A stretch of DNA of 40,719 nucleotides from an uncultured Eubacteriales bacterium (lineage in GTDB: Bacteria; Bacillota; Clostridia; Oscillospirales; Acutalibacteraceae). Shown piece after piece: positions 1-8,794 of the stretch; the stretch's first letter is position 1; every line of letters begins with the position of its first letter. The position numbers and the translations under genes were made by a program. Location: NCBI GenBank assembly GCA_900319455.1, contig ONON01000092.1, positions 1 through 40,719 of the forward strand. Reading direction: 5' to 3'. A model generated the notes under the pieces. That model was not told the origin of the DNA, made no database searches, and saw only the letters and a program-made list of their open reading frames with translations.

Positions 1-458
1 ACATAGCCCTGAATCTGCCCCATAACAAACAGCATAGCTATCATAATGTATCTGCCGAAGCGCCCGGAATCCCTTACGGTTTCATACGGCAGCCACAGTG
101 AGATAACGGTAAGCACCATTGAGGGCACAGCGAGTTTTATATAAACTCTGTATTTGCCCTTTGAAGATCGGAGATTGTCAATTATGTAAGCGTTAAGCGG
201 CGTTGTAAGGTAGCCGATTGCGGTGCAGACATAACTCATAACGAGCAGCTCGTTGTTGTTCATTTTAAGAGTCATACCCGTAAACTGGTTGCCTACGCCG
301 AAGCCTATTGTCCACTGAATTGACATAAGCAGAGCCATCCAGCCGACCGAGAGCATAAACACCTCTCGGTACGGAACATATTCACTGGGTTTAGGCTGAC
401 GCCAATACATTTTAATATCCAGCGCCGTGTCTTTGACTTTGCTGACAAGCTCTCCCAT
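1..458 (-). CDS. MFS/GPH-family (MelB-like) sugar transporter, N-terminal part; runs off the window start
   Basis: Not in the ORF track; translated by hand from ATG at 458 (RBS GAGGTG upstream): MGELVSKVKDTALDIKMYWRQPKPSEYVPYREVFMLSVGW...YIIDNLRSSKGKYRVYIKL... Hydrophobic segments plus a GPH-like loop motif IDNxRSxKGKYR; frame is open to the window edge. Confidence 0.75.
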   Translation of the reverse strand, partial: MGELVSKVKDTALDIKMYWRQPKPSEYVPYREVFMLSVGWMALLMSIQWTIGFGVGNQFTGMTLKMNNNELLVMSYVCTAIGYLTTPLNAYIIDNLRSSKGKYRVYIKLAVPSMVLTVISLWLPYETVRDSGRFGRYIMIAMLFVMGQIQGY

Positions 459-469
459 AAAGCACCTCT

Positions 470-3400
470 TTATTGTTGTTTTGCCTCATCCATAAGGCGG
501 AACACTTTTTCAAGCACGGCGAGCTGTTTTTCGCCGTTTGCCATACGCACCCCTATGTGCGGTTTGCCGTTGCCCGCGCTGACGGTTACTCTGCCTTTGA
601 GGTTTGCCGCCAGAAAGCGTACAGCGTTCATATCGATGTCGCTAATATAAAGAATGAGTTTGTCGCCGTTTTTTCTTATTTCATAAACATTGTTTGCCGC
701 CGCTCTGCCGCGCAAAAGGGCAATTTTTATAAGGCCTTCAACACTTTCGGGCGGATCGCCGAAGCGGTCGCAAAGCTCGTCAATAACATCCGCCGCCTCA
801 TCCTCGTTGTGAATATCGGCAATTCTGCGGTATATTTTAAGCCTTTGCGGTACGCTTTCAATATATTCCTGCGGAATGTGGGCGTCAATCGGGATATCGA
901 TGAGGCAGTCTCTTTCCTCCGTCTCGGGAGTTTCACCCTTTTCTTCATTTATCGCCTGTTCAAGAAGCTTTACATACATCTCATAGCCGACAGCCTCCAT
1001 ATGGCCGTGCTGGTGTGCGCCGAGCACATTGCCCGCCCCTCGCAGTTCAAGATCCCTCATCGCTATACGGAAGCCGGAACCGAATTCGGTAAACTCCCTT
1101 ATCGCGTCAAGCCTGCGGGTAGCGAGTTCCGTTGGCTGACTGCCGCGCTCAAATGTGAAATACGCGCTCGCCCTTCTCGCCGAACGCCCCACCCTGCCCC
1201 TTATCTGATGAAGCTGGGCCAGACCCATTCGGTCGGCGTGTTCGATTATAAGCGTGTTTACATTCGGCACATCAACGCCTGTTTCTATGATTGTGGTGCA
1301 CACAAGTATGTCTATTTCTCCCTCGAGAAGACGGCGCCAGATTTCGCTTAATTCATCCTCGCTCATTTTACCGTGAGCTATGCCTACATTCGCGTCGGGC
1401 ATAGCTTCTTTTATCTGAAAAGCTCTTCGCTCAATGGTTTCCACCCTGTTGTGCAGATAGTAAACCTGACCGCCTCTGCGCAATTCCGCCTGCATAGCCT
1501 GAACAAGAACGGGAAAATTATGCTCTATTACATAGGTCTGAACCGGCTGTCTGTCTTGCGGAGCCTCTTCAAGAACCGACATATCCCTTATGCCCGTCAT
1601 AGCCATATTGAGCGTTCTCGGTATGGGTGTTGCCGTGAGAGTGAGAACATCAACAGCGGGAAATCTCTCTTTGAGTTTCTCTTTTTGAGCAACGCCGAAC
1701 CGCTGCTCCTCATCCACTATTATAAGCCCTAAATCGCGGAATTCAACATCTTTGGATATTAATCTGTGCGTTCCCACAACAACATCAACCGTGCCGTTGC
1801 GAAGGCCGCTTATTGCAGAGTCGATTTCTTTTTTTGTGCAAAAGCGTGAGAGCATCGCGCACTCAACGGGGAACCCGTCAAACCGCCTTGTTATTGTCTG
1901 AAAATGCTGTAATGCGAGAATTGTTGTGGGAACAAGAAACGCGCACTGTTTGCCGTCGGCAACGCATTTGAATATCGCTCTCAGAGCAACCTCCGTTTTG
2001 CCGAAGCCGACATCTCCGCAAAGGAGCCTGTCCATGGGATACGGCTTTTCCATATCTCTTTTTATCTCATTTATGCAAACCAGCTGATCCTCTGTTTCAT
2101 CAAACTCGAAGCGCCGTTCAAAATCGCTTTGCATATCAATATCGGGCGAAAACGCGTGCCCCTGAATTCTCAGGCGTTTCGCGTAAAGTTCCGTAAGCTC
2201 TTTCGCCATATCGGCAACAGCCTTTTTCACCCTGCTTCTTGTTTTCTGCCAATCTTTTCCGCTTAATGAATTGAGCTTGACCGTATGCTCTTCCGTGCCC
2301 GCTCCGATATATTTGGAAACCATATCGAGCTGGGTTACGGGCACATAAAGAACATCCGATTTATCATAGAGAATTTTAATGTAATCCTTTACCGTGTCGC
2401 CTGCGTTCATCTTCTGAATGCCGTCAAACACACCTATGCCGTGCGCGGAGTGAACAACATAATCGCCGCGGCGGAGTTCATCAAGATTGTTAAAAGCGTT
2501 TTTTGAAGATTTTTTTGAACGGGCCGACTTTTGCTGCGTTTTCGGTTTTGCCGCCCTCGCGAGGTAGGTTATAAGTGTAAAACCGGCATCGGGGTATTCA
2601 AATCCGGATGAAAAGCCGCCCGGCATAACACTGACAGCCCCTGTGGGTAATTCACGCGGAGGCTTTTCAAAATAATAAACCTTTTCGCCCTCAGCCTCCA
2701 GGTCTGTGTAAAGCGCGGAAGCGGCTTTGGGTGTGCCGGCGACTACCGCGGTAATGTGTGATTTTTTGTCACCGAAGCTGTTTATATCCTCAAGCAGAGC
2801 GGAAAAAGAACCGTTCCACGGGTTAATCTGTTTAGCCGTAAATGAAATCAAATCTTTAACAGGCGTGTCAAAGCTGCCTCTCGGCAGGTTGTCAAGATAC
2901 ACAGTGCGCCCGTTCGCGTAAGCGGAAAGCAAATCTCCTTCCGTTACGGTAAAGCGGTCGAGGCCTTTGCATAATATTCCTTCCTCAAACAGCGCCTTTA
3001 CCGTTTCATTTATATAATCAAGGGATGCCGTAAAATTTTTGCGTGTTTGAAAACTCTCGCAAACAAACAGAAAACAATCGCCGAAATAATCGAAAGCACT
3101 TGCCGCCTGAGGGTAAATCAAAGGCATATATTTATCGGGTGACGGCAGCATAATGCCGTCTTCAAGGGATTTCAAATCCGCCTCAATTTCTTCAAGCACC
3201 TTGCCTTTTACGCGGCGCGTTTTTAAAAAAGAGCGGATTTTCGCGGCAAGTTCGGCGCTGTCGCATAGAATTTCCCTTGCAGGGGTAATGCGAACGGATT
3301 TTACATTTTTTGTTCTTCGCTGGCTGTCGGGCTCAAAAGTGCAAACGCTGTCAACGGTATCACCCCAGAGTTCTATTCTGTAAGGCTCATCGGCATCCGG

Positions 3401-3949
3401 CGGAAATAAATCCACTATACCTCCCCTGCAGGCAAAAAGCCCCCTGCCGTCAACCTCATCACAGCGGGTATAGCCCGCGTTGACAAGCACGCTTAAAAGG
3501 GAGTCAAGTTCAATATTTTCTCCGTCCTTAACAGTTATGCAACACTGCGCGAGGGTATCGGGCGGCACTGTCAGCCGGCTTACGGCCTCCGCCGACATAA
3601 CCACAGCACCGAAGCTGCCGTCAAGCATTTTATCAAGCACTTTCAGCCTTGCGTGTTCATACTCCCTTGAAACGCTTTGCCGGGTGTGAAATGAAAAATC
3701 TCCCGCGGGGAAAACATACGCCTGCACGCCGAACGCGGAAATATCGCCGGCAAGCCTGTTCGCTGTTGCCTCATCGGGCACAATAACAACGGCGTTTATT
3801 CCGTAAAGCTCAACGGCCGAGCTTATTATGTGAGCCTTGTGTATGTTTGAAAGGCCCGTTGCTCCAACGGGGAAGCGCTCCGAGTCAATATCTTTGATTA
3901 TTCTGTTGAGGGATGGGCTTTTTTTCAGAATCTGCGAGTAGCAGTTCAT
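470..3949 (-). CDS. mfd: Transcription-repair coupling factor
   Basis: 1159 aa; UvrB-like N-terminus (RGGIVDLFP), CarD/RID (GDYVVHSAHGIG), helicase motifs GDVGFGKTEVA, DEEQRFG, TATPIPRTL, QIRGRVGR, and TRG motif (RDLELRGAGN). Confidence 0.98.
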   Translation of the reverse strand: MNCYSQILKKSPSLNRIIKDIDSERFPVGATGLSNIHKAHIISSAVELYGINAVVIVPDEATANRLAGDISAFGVQAYVFPAGDFSFHTRQSVSREYEHARLKVLDKMLDGSFGAVVMSAEAVSRLTVPPDTLAQCCITVKDGENIELDSLLSVLVNAGYTRCDEVDGRGLFACRGGIVDLFPPDADEPYRIELWGDTVDSVCTFEPDSQRRTKNVKSVRITPAREILCDSAELAAKIRSFLKTRRVKGKVLEEIEADLKSLEDGIMLPSPDKYMPLIYPQAASAFDYFGDCFLFVCESFQTRKNFTASLDYINETVKALFEEGILCKGLDRFTVTEGDLLSAYANGRTVYLDNLPRGSFDTPVKDLISFTAKQINPWNGSFSALLEDINSFGDKKSHITAVVAGTPKAASALYTDLEAEGEKVYYFEKPPRELPTGAVSVMPGGFSSGFEYPDAGFTLITYLARAAKPKTQQKSARSKKSSKNAFNNLDELRRGDYVVHSAHGIGVFDGIQKMNAGDTVKDYIKILYDKSDVLYVPVTQLDMVSKYIGAGTEEHTVKLNSLSGKDWQKTRSRVKKAVADMAKELTELYAKRLRIQGHAFSPDIDMQSDFERRFEFDETEDQLVCINEIKRDMEKPYPMDRLLCGDVGFGKTEVALRAIFKCVADGKQCAFLVPTTILALQHFQTITRRFDGFPVECAMLSRFCTKKEIDSAISGLRNGTVDVVVGTHRLISKDVEFRDLGLIIVDEEQRFGVAQKEKLKERFPAVDVLTLTATPIPRTLNMAMTGIRDMSVLEEAPQDRQPVQTYVIEHNFPVLVQAMQAELRRGGQVYYLHNRVETIERRAFQIKEAMPDANVGIAHGKMSEDELSEIWRRLLEGEIDILVCTTIIETGVDVPNVNTLIIEHADRMGLAQLHQIRGRVGRSARRASAYFTFERGSQPTELATRRLDAIREFTEFGSGFRIAMRDLELRGAGNVLGAHQHGHMEAVGYEMYVKLLEQAINEEKGETPETEERDCLIDIPIDAHIPQEYIESVPQRLKIYRRIADIHNEDEAADVIDELCDRFGDPPESVEGLIKIALLRGRAAANNVYEIRKNGDKLILYISDIDMNAVRFLAANLKGRVTVSAGNGKPHIGVRMANGEKQLAVLEKVFRLMDEAKQQ

Positions 3950-3950
3950 A

Positions 3951-4556
3951 TTATATTACTCCGTTTTCTTCCAGCGCTTTTTCAAGCGCCGTAATGTCGT
4001 GATTTGCGAAATGATGCGCTTTTATTCCCGCCGACCGGGCACCGCGCACATTTTCGGGCATATCGTCAATAAACAGACACTCCTCTGCTTTTAACCCGAA
4101 TTTCGCAAGCAGATGCTCATAGATTTCTTTTTCTGGTTTGAGGAGTTTTACATCGCAGGAGGCGACATAACCGTCAAACAGTTTCAGAGCGGGAACGGTG
4201 CCGAGCATTTTATGAATATAAGGCGGAACATTGGAGAGAAGATAAATGTCCGCTCCGTACGCCTTGACCTTTTTCACAACCTCATAAACATCATCAAAAG
4301 GCGGCATATATTCATTCCAGTTGTTTATGATGCCGATAACCTTTTCATAAACGCCGTTGGGTAAATCATTTTTATATTTGTGAAAAGCTTCATCGGGTGT
4401 CAAAGTGCCTCTGTCAACCTCACGCCATTCTTCCGAAAAAAAGATGTTGCGCAGAATAAAATCCGAGTTTTCTTCCGAAAACAGCGAACGAATGACTTTT
4501 TCGGGGTTCAGATCAACCAGAACACCGCCCAAATCAAAAATAACATTTTTTATCAT
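3951..4556 (-). CDS. HAD-superfamily phosphatase (YihX-like)
   Basis: Motif I FDLGGVL, motif II LSN, KP, motif IV FIDD; stop codon is 1 nt from the mfd start. Confidence 0.9.
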   Translation of the reverse strand: MIKNVIFDLGGVLVDLNPEKVIRSLFSEENSDFILRNIFFSEEWREVDRGTLTPDEAFHKYKNDLPNGVYEKVIGIINNWNEYMPPFDDVYEVVKKVKAYGADIYLLSNVPPYIHKMLGTVPALKLFDGYVASCDVKLLKPEKEIYEHLLAKFGLKAEECLFIDDMPENVRGARSAGIKAHHFANHDITALEKALEENGVI

Positions 4557-4584
4557 AACAATTCCCGCCGTTTCAAAACATTTT

Positions 4585-4617
4585 GCCCCCGAACCCGCGT
4601 ACAGGGGGTTCGGGGGT
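4585..4617 (-). terminator. GC-rich hairpin after pnp (terminator or mRNA-stabilising stem)
   Basis: CCCCCGAACCC (4586-4596) / GGGTTCGGGGG (4606-4616), a perfect 11-bp stem. The U-tail on the minus strand is weak. Confidence 0.6.
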
Positions 4618-4644
4618 GTATTTATTTAATGTTAATGTACACTG

Positions 4645-6846
4645 TCAGTTGTCGTTTCTGCGGGGCTTTCTGTCACGGTTGAAATTCCTGCGCGGGCCCG
4701 AGGAACGGCGGTTGGAGGAATCCGAAACATCATTTTCGGGCGTAAGACCTTCCACCTCAATAAGAGCCTCTCTGCGCGAGAAATTGAGCCTGCCCTGGTC
4801 ATCCTTGGGGAGAACCTTGACAATAATCTCGTCGCCTACATTGACAACATCCTCAACCTTCTCTGTTCTCTTGACATCGAGCTGGCTTATGTGAACCATA
4901 CCCTCTTTGCCGGGAGCGATTTCGACAAACACGCCGAAACTCATAAGTCGGGTTACAACGCCCTTATATATTGCGCCCACTTCGGGATCATTCGCGATTG
5001 TTTCAATAATATCAATGGCGCGTTTCGCACAGTCAATATCGGTGGATGAAACATAGATGCTGCCGTCTTCCTCAACATCAATCTTGCAGTTGCATTCAGC
5101 GCATATCTTCTGGATGACCTTGCCCTGCTTGCCGATGACATCGCCGATTTTTTCGGGGTCAATCTTTGTTGTGAGCATCTTGGGAGCCCACTTTGAAAGC
5201 TCTTTGCGGGGTTGAGCAATAACGGGAAGCATAACCTCATCAAGGATATAGCACCTTGCTTTATAGGTTTTTTCAAGAGCCTCGCGAATAATTGCCGGTG
5301 TAAGGCCGTGAACTTTAAGATCCATCTGAATTGCGGTAATACCCTTTTTGGTGCCGGCAACTTTGAAGTCCATATCACCGAAGAAATCTTCAAGGCCCTG
5401 AATATCGACCATTGTCATAAAACGGTCGCCTTCGGTGATAAGGCCGCAGGAAATACCCGCTACGGGAGCCTTGATGGGAACGCCTGCCGCCATAAGCGAA
5501 AGAGTTGAGCCGCAGACCGAACCTTGAGATGTTGAGCCGTTTGAGGAAAGAACCTCTGAAACAAGACGGATTGTGTAAGGGAACTCCTCAACGGACGGAA
5601 TTACGGGAAGAAGAGCCTTTTCGGCAAGCGCTCCGTGACCGATTTCACGCCTGCCGGGGCCTCTTGAAGGCTTGGTTTCGCCTACGGAGTAGGACGGGAA
5701 GTTGTAATGGTGAATATATCTTTTTGAATCCTCTTCATCAAGGCCGTCAAGCATCTGATTGTCACTCATGGGGCCGAGTGTTGTTACGGTAAGAACCTGA
5801 GTCTGACCGCGTGTGAACATACCCGAACCGTGAACTCTGTCAAGAAGATCTATCTCCGCGTTAAGGGGACGGATTTCATCAATGCCTCTGCCGTCAACAC
5901 GCTTGCCGTCATCAAGAAGCCAGCGGCGAACAACATATTTCTGTGTCTTATAAAGGCAGTCCTCTATTTTCTCTTCCATTTCGGGATAGATTTCATCAAA
6001 CTTTGCGTGAACGGCCTCATATATGGGCTTGAGCCTTTCATCGCGAACGCGCTTGTCATCGGTGTCAAGTGCGGCGCGGATGTCATCAATGGCAAACTCT
6101 TTTATAGCCTCGAACATTTCGGGGTCGGGGTCGTTTGAGGGGAAATCGACCTTTTCTTTGCCGCATTCCTCGCGGATTTTTTTGATGAACTCAACAATCT
6201 TTTTGTTCTGCTCATGGGCAAACATAATGCCGTCGAACATTTCATCATTTGTAACCTCGTTGGCGCCCGCTTCAATCATGGCGACAAGCTCGCTTGTGGA
6301 AGCGACGGTTACATACATCTGTGATTTTTCGCGCTGTTCAAGAGTGGGGTTGATGACATATTCGCCGTCAATAAGGCCGACAACAGAGCTTGCGACGGGG
6401 CCGTCCCACGGAATTTCCGAAATGGAAATCGCTACGGAAACGCCGAGCTGAGCCGCTATTTCGGGCTGGCAGTCGGGGTCAACGGACATAACCGTTGCAA
6501 CAACGCCTACATCGTTTCTCATATCTTTCGGGAAAAGAGGGCGGATAGGTCTGTCAATAACACGCGAGGCAAGGGTTGCCTTCTCGCTGGCTTTGCCTTC
6601 GCGGCGCTGGAATGAGCCGGGGATTCTGCCTACCGAATAAAGCTTCTCCTCATAATCAACCGAGAGAGGAAAGAAATCGACGCCCTCACGGGGCTTCGCG
6701 GCCATTGTTGCGGTGCAGAGCACGTTTGTTTCGCCGTAGCGAACAAGGCAGGAGCCGCCCGCCAACTGAGCCATTTTGCCGACCTCCACCACAAACGGGC
6801 GGCCGGCTATTTCTGTTTCATACTTTTTAAAACTTTTAAAAAACAT
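4645..6846 (-). CDS. pnp: Polyribonucleotide nucleotidyltransferase (PNPase)
   Basis: FFPLSVDYEE, SRVIDRPIRPLF, RREIGHGALA, SNGSTSQGSVC, GDMDFKVAG, plus KH and S1 domains. Start moved to ATG 6846 (MFFKSFKK) behind an AAAGGCG RBS. Confidence 0.98.
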   Translation of the reverse strand: MFFKSFKKYETEIAGRPFVVEVGKMAQLAGGSCLVRYGETNVLCTATMAAKPREGVDFFPLSVDYEEKLYSVGRIPGSFQRREGKASEKATLASRVIDRPIRPLFPKDMRNDVGVVATVMSVDPDCQPEIAAQLGVSVAISISEIPWDGPVASSVVGLIDGEYVINPTLEQREKSQMYVTVASTSELVAMIEAGANEVTNDEMFDGIMFAHEQNKKIVEFIKKIREECGKEKVDFPSNDPDPEMFEAIKEFAIDDIRAALDTDDKRVRDERLKPIYEAVHAKFDEIYPEMEEKIEDCLYKTQKYVVRRWLLDDGKRVDGRGIDEIRPLNAEIDLLDRVHGSGMFTRGQTQVLTVTTLGPMSDNQMLDGLDEEDSKRYIHHYNFPSYSVGETKPSRGPGRREIGHGALAEKALLPVIPSVEEFPYTIRLVSEVLSSNGSTSQGSVCGSTLSLMAAGVPIKAPVAGISCGLITEGDRFMTMVDIQGLEDFFGDMDFKVAGTKKGITAIQMDLKVHGLTPAIIREALEKTYKARCYILDEVMLPVIAQPRKELSKWAPKMLTTKIDPEKIGDVIGKQGKVIQKICAECNCKIDVEEDGSIYVSSTDIDCAKRAIDIIETIANDPEVGAIYKGVVTRLMSFGVFVEIAPGKEGMVHISQLDVKRTEKVEDVVNVGDEIIVKVLPKDDQGRLNFSRREALIEVEGLTPENDVSDSSNRRSSGPRRNFNRDRKPRRNDN

Positions 6847-6876
6847 TTTTTCGCCTTTCTGAAAAATATATTTCCT

Positions 6877-6962
6877 CAGGCGGTACGGGCTTAGCAATAG
6901 CTCCGCAGTCCGTTAACTGCACAGGCTGCCGAGCAACTGCTAAAACCTGAAAACACCGCCTG
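6877..6962 (-). promoter_or_regulatory. Long interrupted stem-loop in the pnp 5' leader
   Basis: Nested inverted repeats CAGGCGGT(6877-84)/ACCGCCTG(6955-62), TTAGCA(6891-96)/TGCTAA(6938-43) and GCTC(6900-03)/GAGC(6931-34). Extra G-U pairs form on the minus (mRNA) strand. Confidence 0.6.
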
Positions 6963-6995
6963 CCGGATAACTTGAATAAAATAAAAATCATAACA

Positions 6996-7026
6996 GAGCA
7001 GGCGGGGTTATATACCCTGCCTGCTC
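6996..7026 (-). terminator. Intrinsic terminator after rpsO
   Basis: Minus strand GAGCAGGCAGGGT-ATATA-ACCCCGCCTGCTC followed by TGTTATGATTTTTATTTT. Confidence 0.75.
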
Positions 7027-7036
7027 CTGAGCAAAC

Positions 7037-7300
7037 TTATTTACGCAAACCGAGTCTCGCGATAATTGAACGGTAGCGTTCAATATCAGTCTTCTTAAGG
7101 TACTCAAGAAGGTTGCGTCTGTGACCTACCATCTTGTGAAGACCGCGGCGTGAGTGATTGTCTTTTTTGTGAACTTTAAGATGCTCTGTGAGATCCGCAA
7201 TTCTTTTTGAAAGAACCGCAATCTGAACCTCGGGTGAACCTGTGTCGCCCTCGTGCGTGGCATATTCCGCCATAATTGCCTGTTTTTCTGCCTGTGTCAT
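7037..7300 (-). CDS. rpsO: 30S ribosomal protein S15
   Basis: [15 protein letters not shown]...[11 protein letters not shown]...LGLRK. ATG at 7300 follows the RBS GAGGTG; classic rpsO-pnp synteny. Confidence 0.99.
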   Translation of the reverse strand: MTQAEKQAIMAEYATHEGDTGSPEVQIAVLSKRIADLTEHLKVHKKDNHSRRGLHKMVGHRRNLLEYLKKTDIERYRSIIARLGLRK

Positions 7301-7323
7301 TGTTTTCACCTCATTTATTTATT

Positions 7324-7394
7324 TGCCTCGCTCCCAGTGTGCGGCAGGTGAACACCTCCGCCGGAGGTTCAGTCCGCAAACCGAGACACGGGCA
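7324..7394 (-). promoter_or_regulatory. Structured rpsO 5' leader, candidate S15 autoregulatory RNA
   Basis: mRNA-strand pairings TCTCGGT/ACTGGGA, TGCGG/CCGCA and TGAACCTCC/GGAGGTGTTCA lie between the promoter and the RBS. S15 leaders are established in many bacteria. Confidence 0.65.
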
Positions 7395-7407
7395 CAATGC
7401 AAAAGGG

Positions 7408-7436
7408 AGTATATCACAACCGCCCGTTTTTGTAAA
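7408..7436 (-). promoter_or_regulatory. Sigma-A promoter of rpsO-pnp
   Basis: TTTACA-17 nt-TATACT with extended -10 TG. Confidence 0.75.
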
Positions 7437-7489
7437 GTGCTTTTATAAAATATTTTTTATAAAAAGTTAATTGTGTGAAAAATATGTTT

Positions 7490-8785
7490 TCAGCTTTGCG
7501 CAAGTTCCTGAAGCTGTTCAATCGCCTTTTTATAAGCTGTGTTATAGATATTCTGCAAGAAAATGATGTCTGTTATTTTATGTTCATCCACGAACGCCGA
7601 GAGAGACTGATGAAAATATCTGTAATCCACCCAATATGTATATTGATAATGGTCAACAAGGAAGGGTACAAAGGCGCAGCCGAAACTGTCCTTTATACAG
7701 ATACAGGCGGAGCCGTCGGTTATCTGCGGATTCTCGACAACGCACAGCTTCGCGTCACCGTTTACAAAACAGCTGTATTTGCTGTTCGCCGGGTAACCGT
7801 CAACATCCATAATAATGGGCCAGTTCTCATTTGTTTCGCCGTTTACATCTGTTATGGTCATTTTATTTGTGCCCATGGGAATATAAGCCGTAATGGTGTC
7901 GGGGTTCGCTTTGAGCTGCGCTGAGTTTGTCTCGGAATAATGAGTGCCGACAAAGCCCTCAAATGTTCTGGTCTGAAATTGGCTGAGTTTATGCGGTGCA
8001 ATGCCTTTTATGTCGCAAAAACTTGTGTATGCGTAGTACGCCCCGAGCGCCGTCCAGTGATGATCCGTGCGGAAATAAAGATATTCCTCGCAGTGATTTC
8101 TGAGTATATCAAATGTGGGAACCGTTCTGATTGACGGATTCATTCTGCCGTAAATATATGAAATCGCCTCGCGCTGATCGCTTACCCCGAGTTCTTTTTG
8201 CAGGCTGTCGCTGAGAACAACCCCCGAATTGAGCGGAACAATCATATCATAGACAGTCGCCCTGCCTTCAAAGCGCTTTTGCGCCTCATTCAAAACGGCG
8301 GCATACCAATCGGCGTTTTCTTTAACAAAATAATAGAGCGAATAACCCGTGTTTCCGCTTACATAAACTCCGTCTGTTGTCTCGCCGCCCTCATCGGTTA
8401 CTATACCGTCACGCACCGTTTCAGGCTCGGTTGTGGCCGGCAGGGTGGCCGCCTCGCCCGCGGTTTCGGGAATAACATCGGCGTTTTTGCCGGAACCGAC
8501 GATTTTCTCACTCGTTCTGCCGTAAAGCGCTTTAAAAGAATTGTTCGCGTTTACAAGCTTTTCGCGCGCCGGAAATGTGTCGGCATACCAGGTTTCAACA
8601 CCCGAAAACCAGCTGCCGTCGGCAAGAGCGGAAAACGACATTTTCGGGAACGCGGTGAGTTTTCTCTTTTCAATCTGTGAAACATCCGGGCGCTTGAACC
8701 AGGCAAGGCCGATAACAGTCATAACCGCCATGGTCAGACCGAAAACCGCGATTTTTATTGAATTTACAATGTTGTTATTCTTCAT
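7490..8785 (-). CDS. DHHW-family protein (membrane-anchored, AlgJ/AlgX/DltD-like partner of MBOAT)
   Basis: N-terminal TM helix, EKRKL motif, YFRTDHHWTALGAYYAY, KDSFG, VDYRY. Confidence 0.9.
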   Translation of the reverse strand: MKNNNIVNSIKIAVFGLTMAVMTVIGLAWFKRPDVSQIEKRKLTAFPKMSFSALADGSWFSGVETWYADTFPAREKLVNANNSFKALYGRTSEKIVGSGKNADVIPETAGEAATLPATTEPETVRDGIVTDEGGETTDGVYVSGNTGYSLYYFVKENADWYAAVLNEAQKRFEGRATVYDMIVPLNSGVVLSDSLQKELGVSDQREAISYIYGRMNPSIRTVPTFDILRNHCEEYLYFRTDHHWTALGAYYAYTSFCDIKGIAPHKLSQFQTRTFEGFVGTHYSETNSAQLKANPDTITAYIPMGTNKMTITDVNGETNENWPIIMDVDGYPANSKYSCFVNGDAKLCVVENPQITDGSACICIKDSFGCAFVPFLVDHYQYTYWVDYRYFHQSLSAFVDEHKITDIIFLQNIYNTAYKKAIEQLQELAQS

Positions 8786-8794
8786 AATTCACAA

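Noticed and set aside
473-1351. 292-aa plus-strand ORF and the many other antisense or alternate-frame ORFs in the track (e.g. 19790-20428, 26464-27066, 27589-28401, 29610-30200)
   Set aside because: They are shadows of well-supported genes, with no motifs or RBS; long antisense frames are expected from codon bias.
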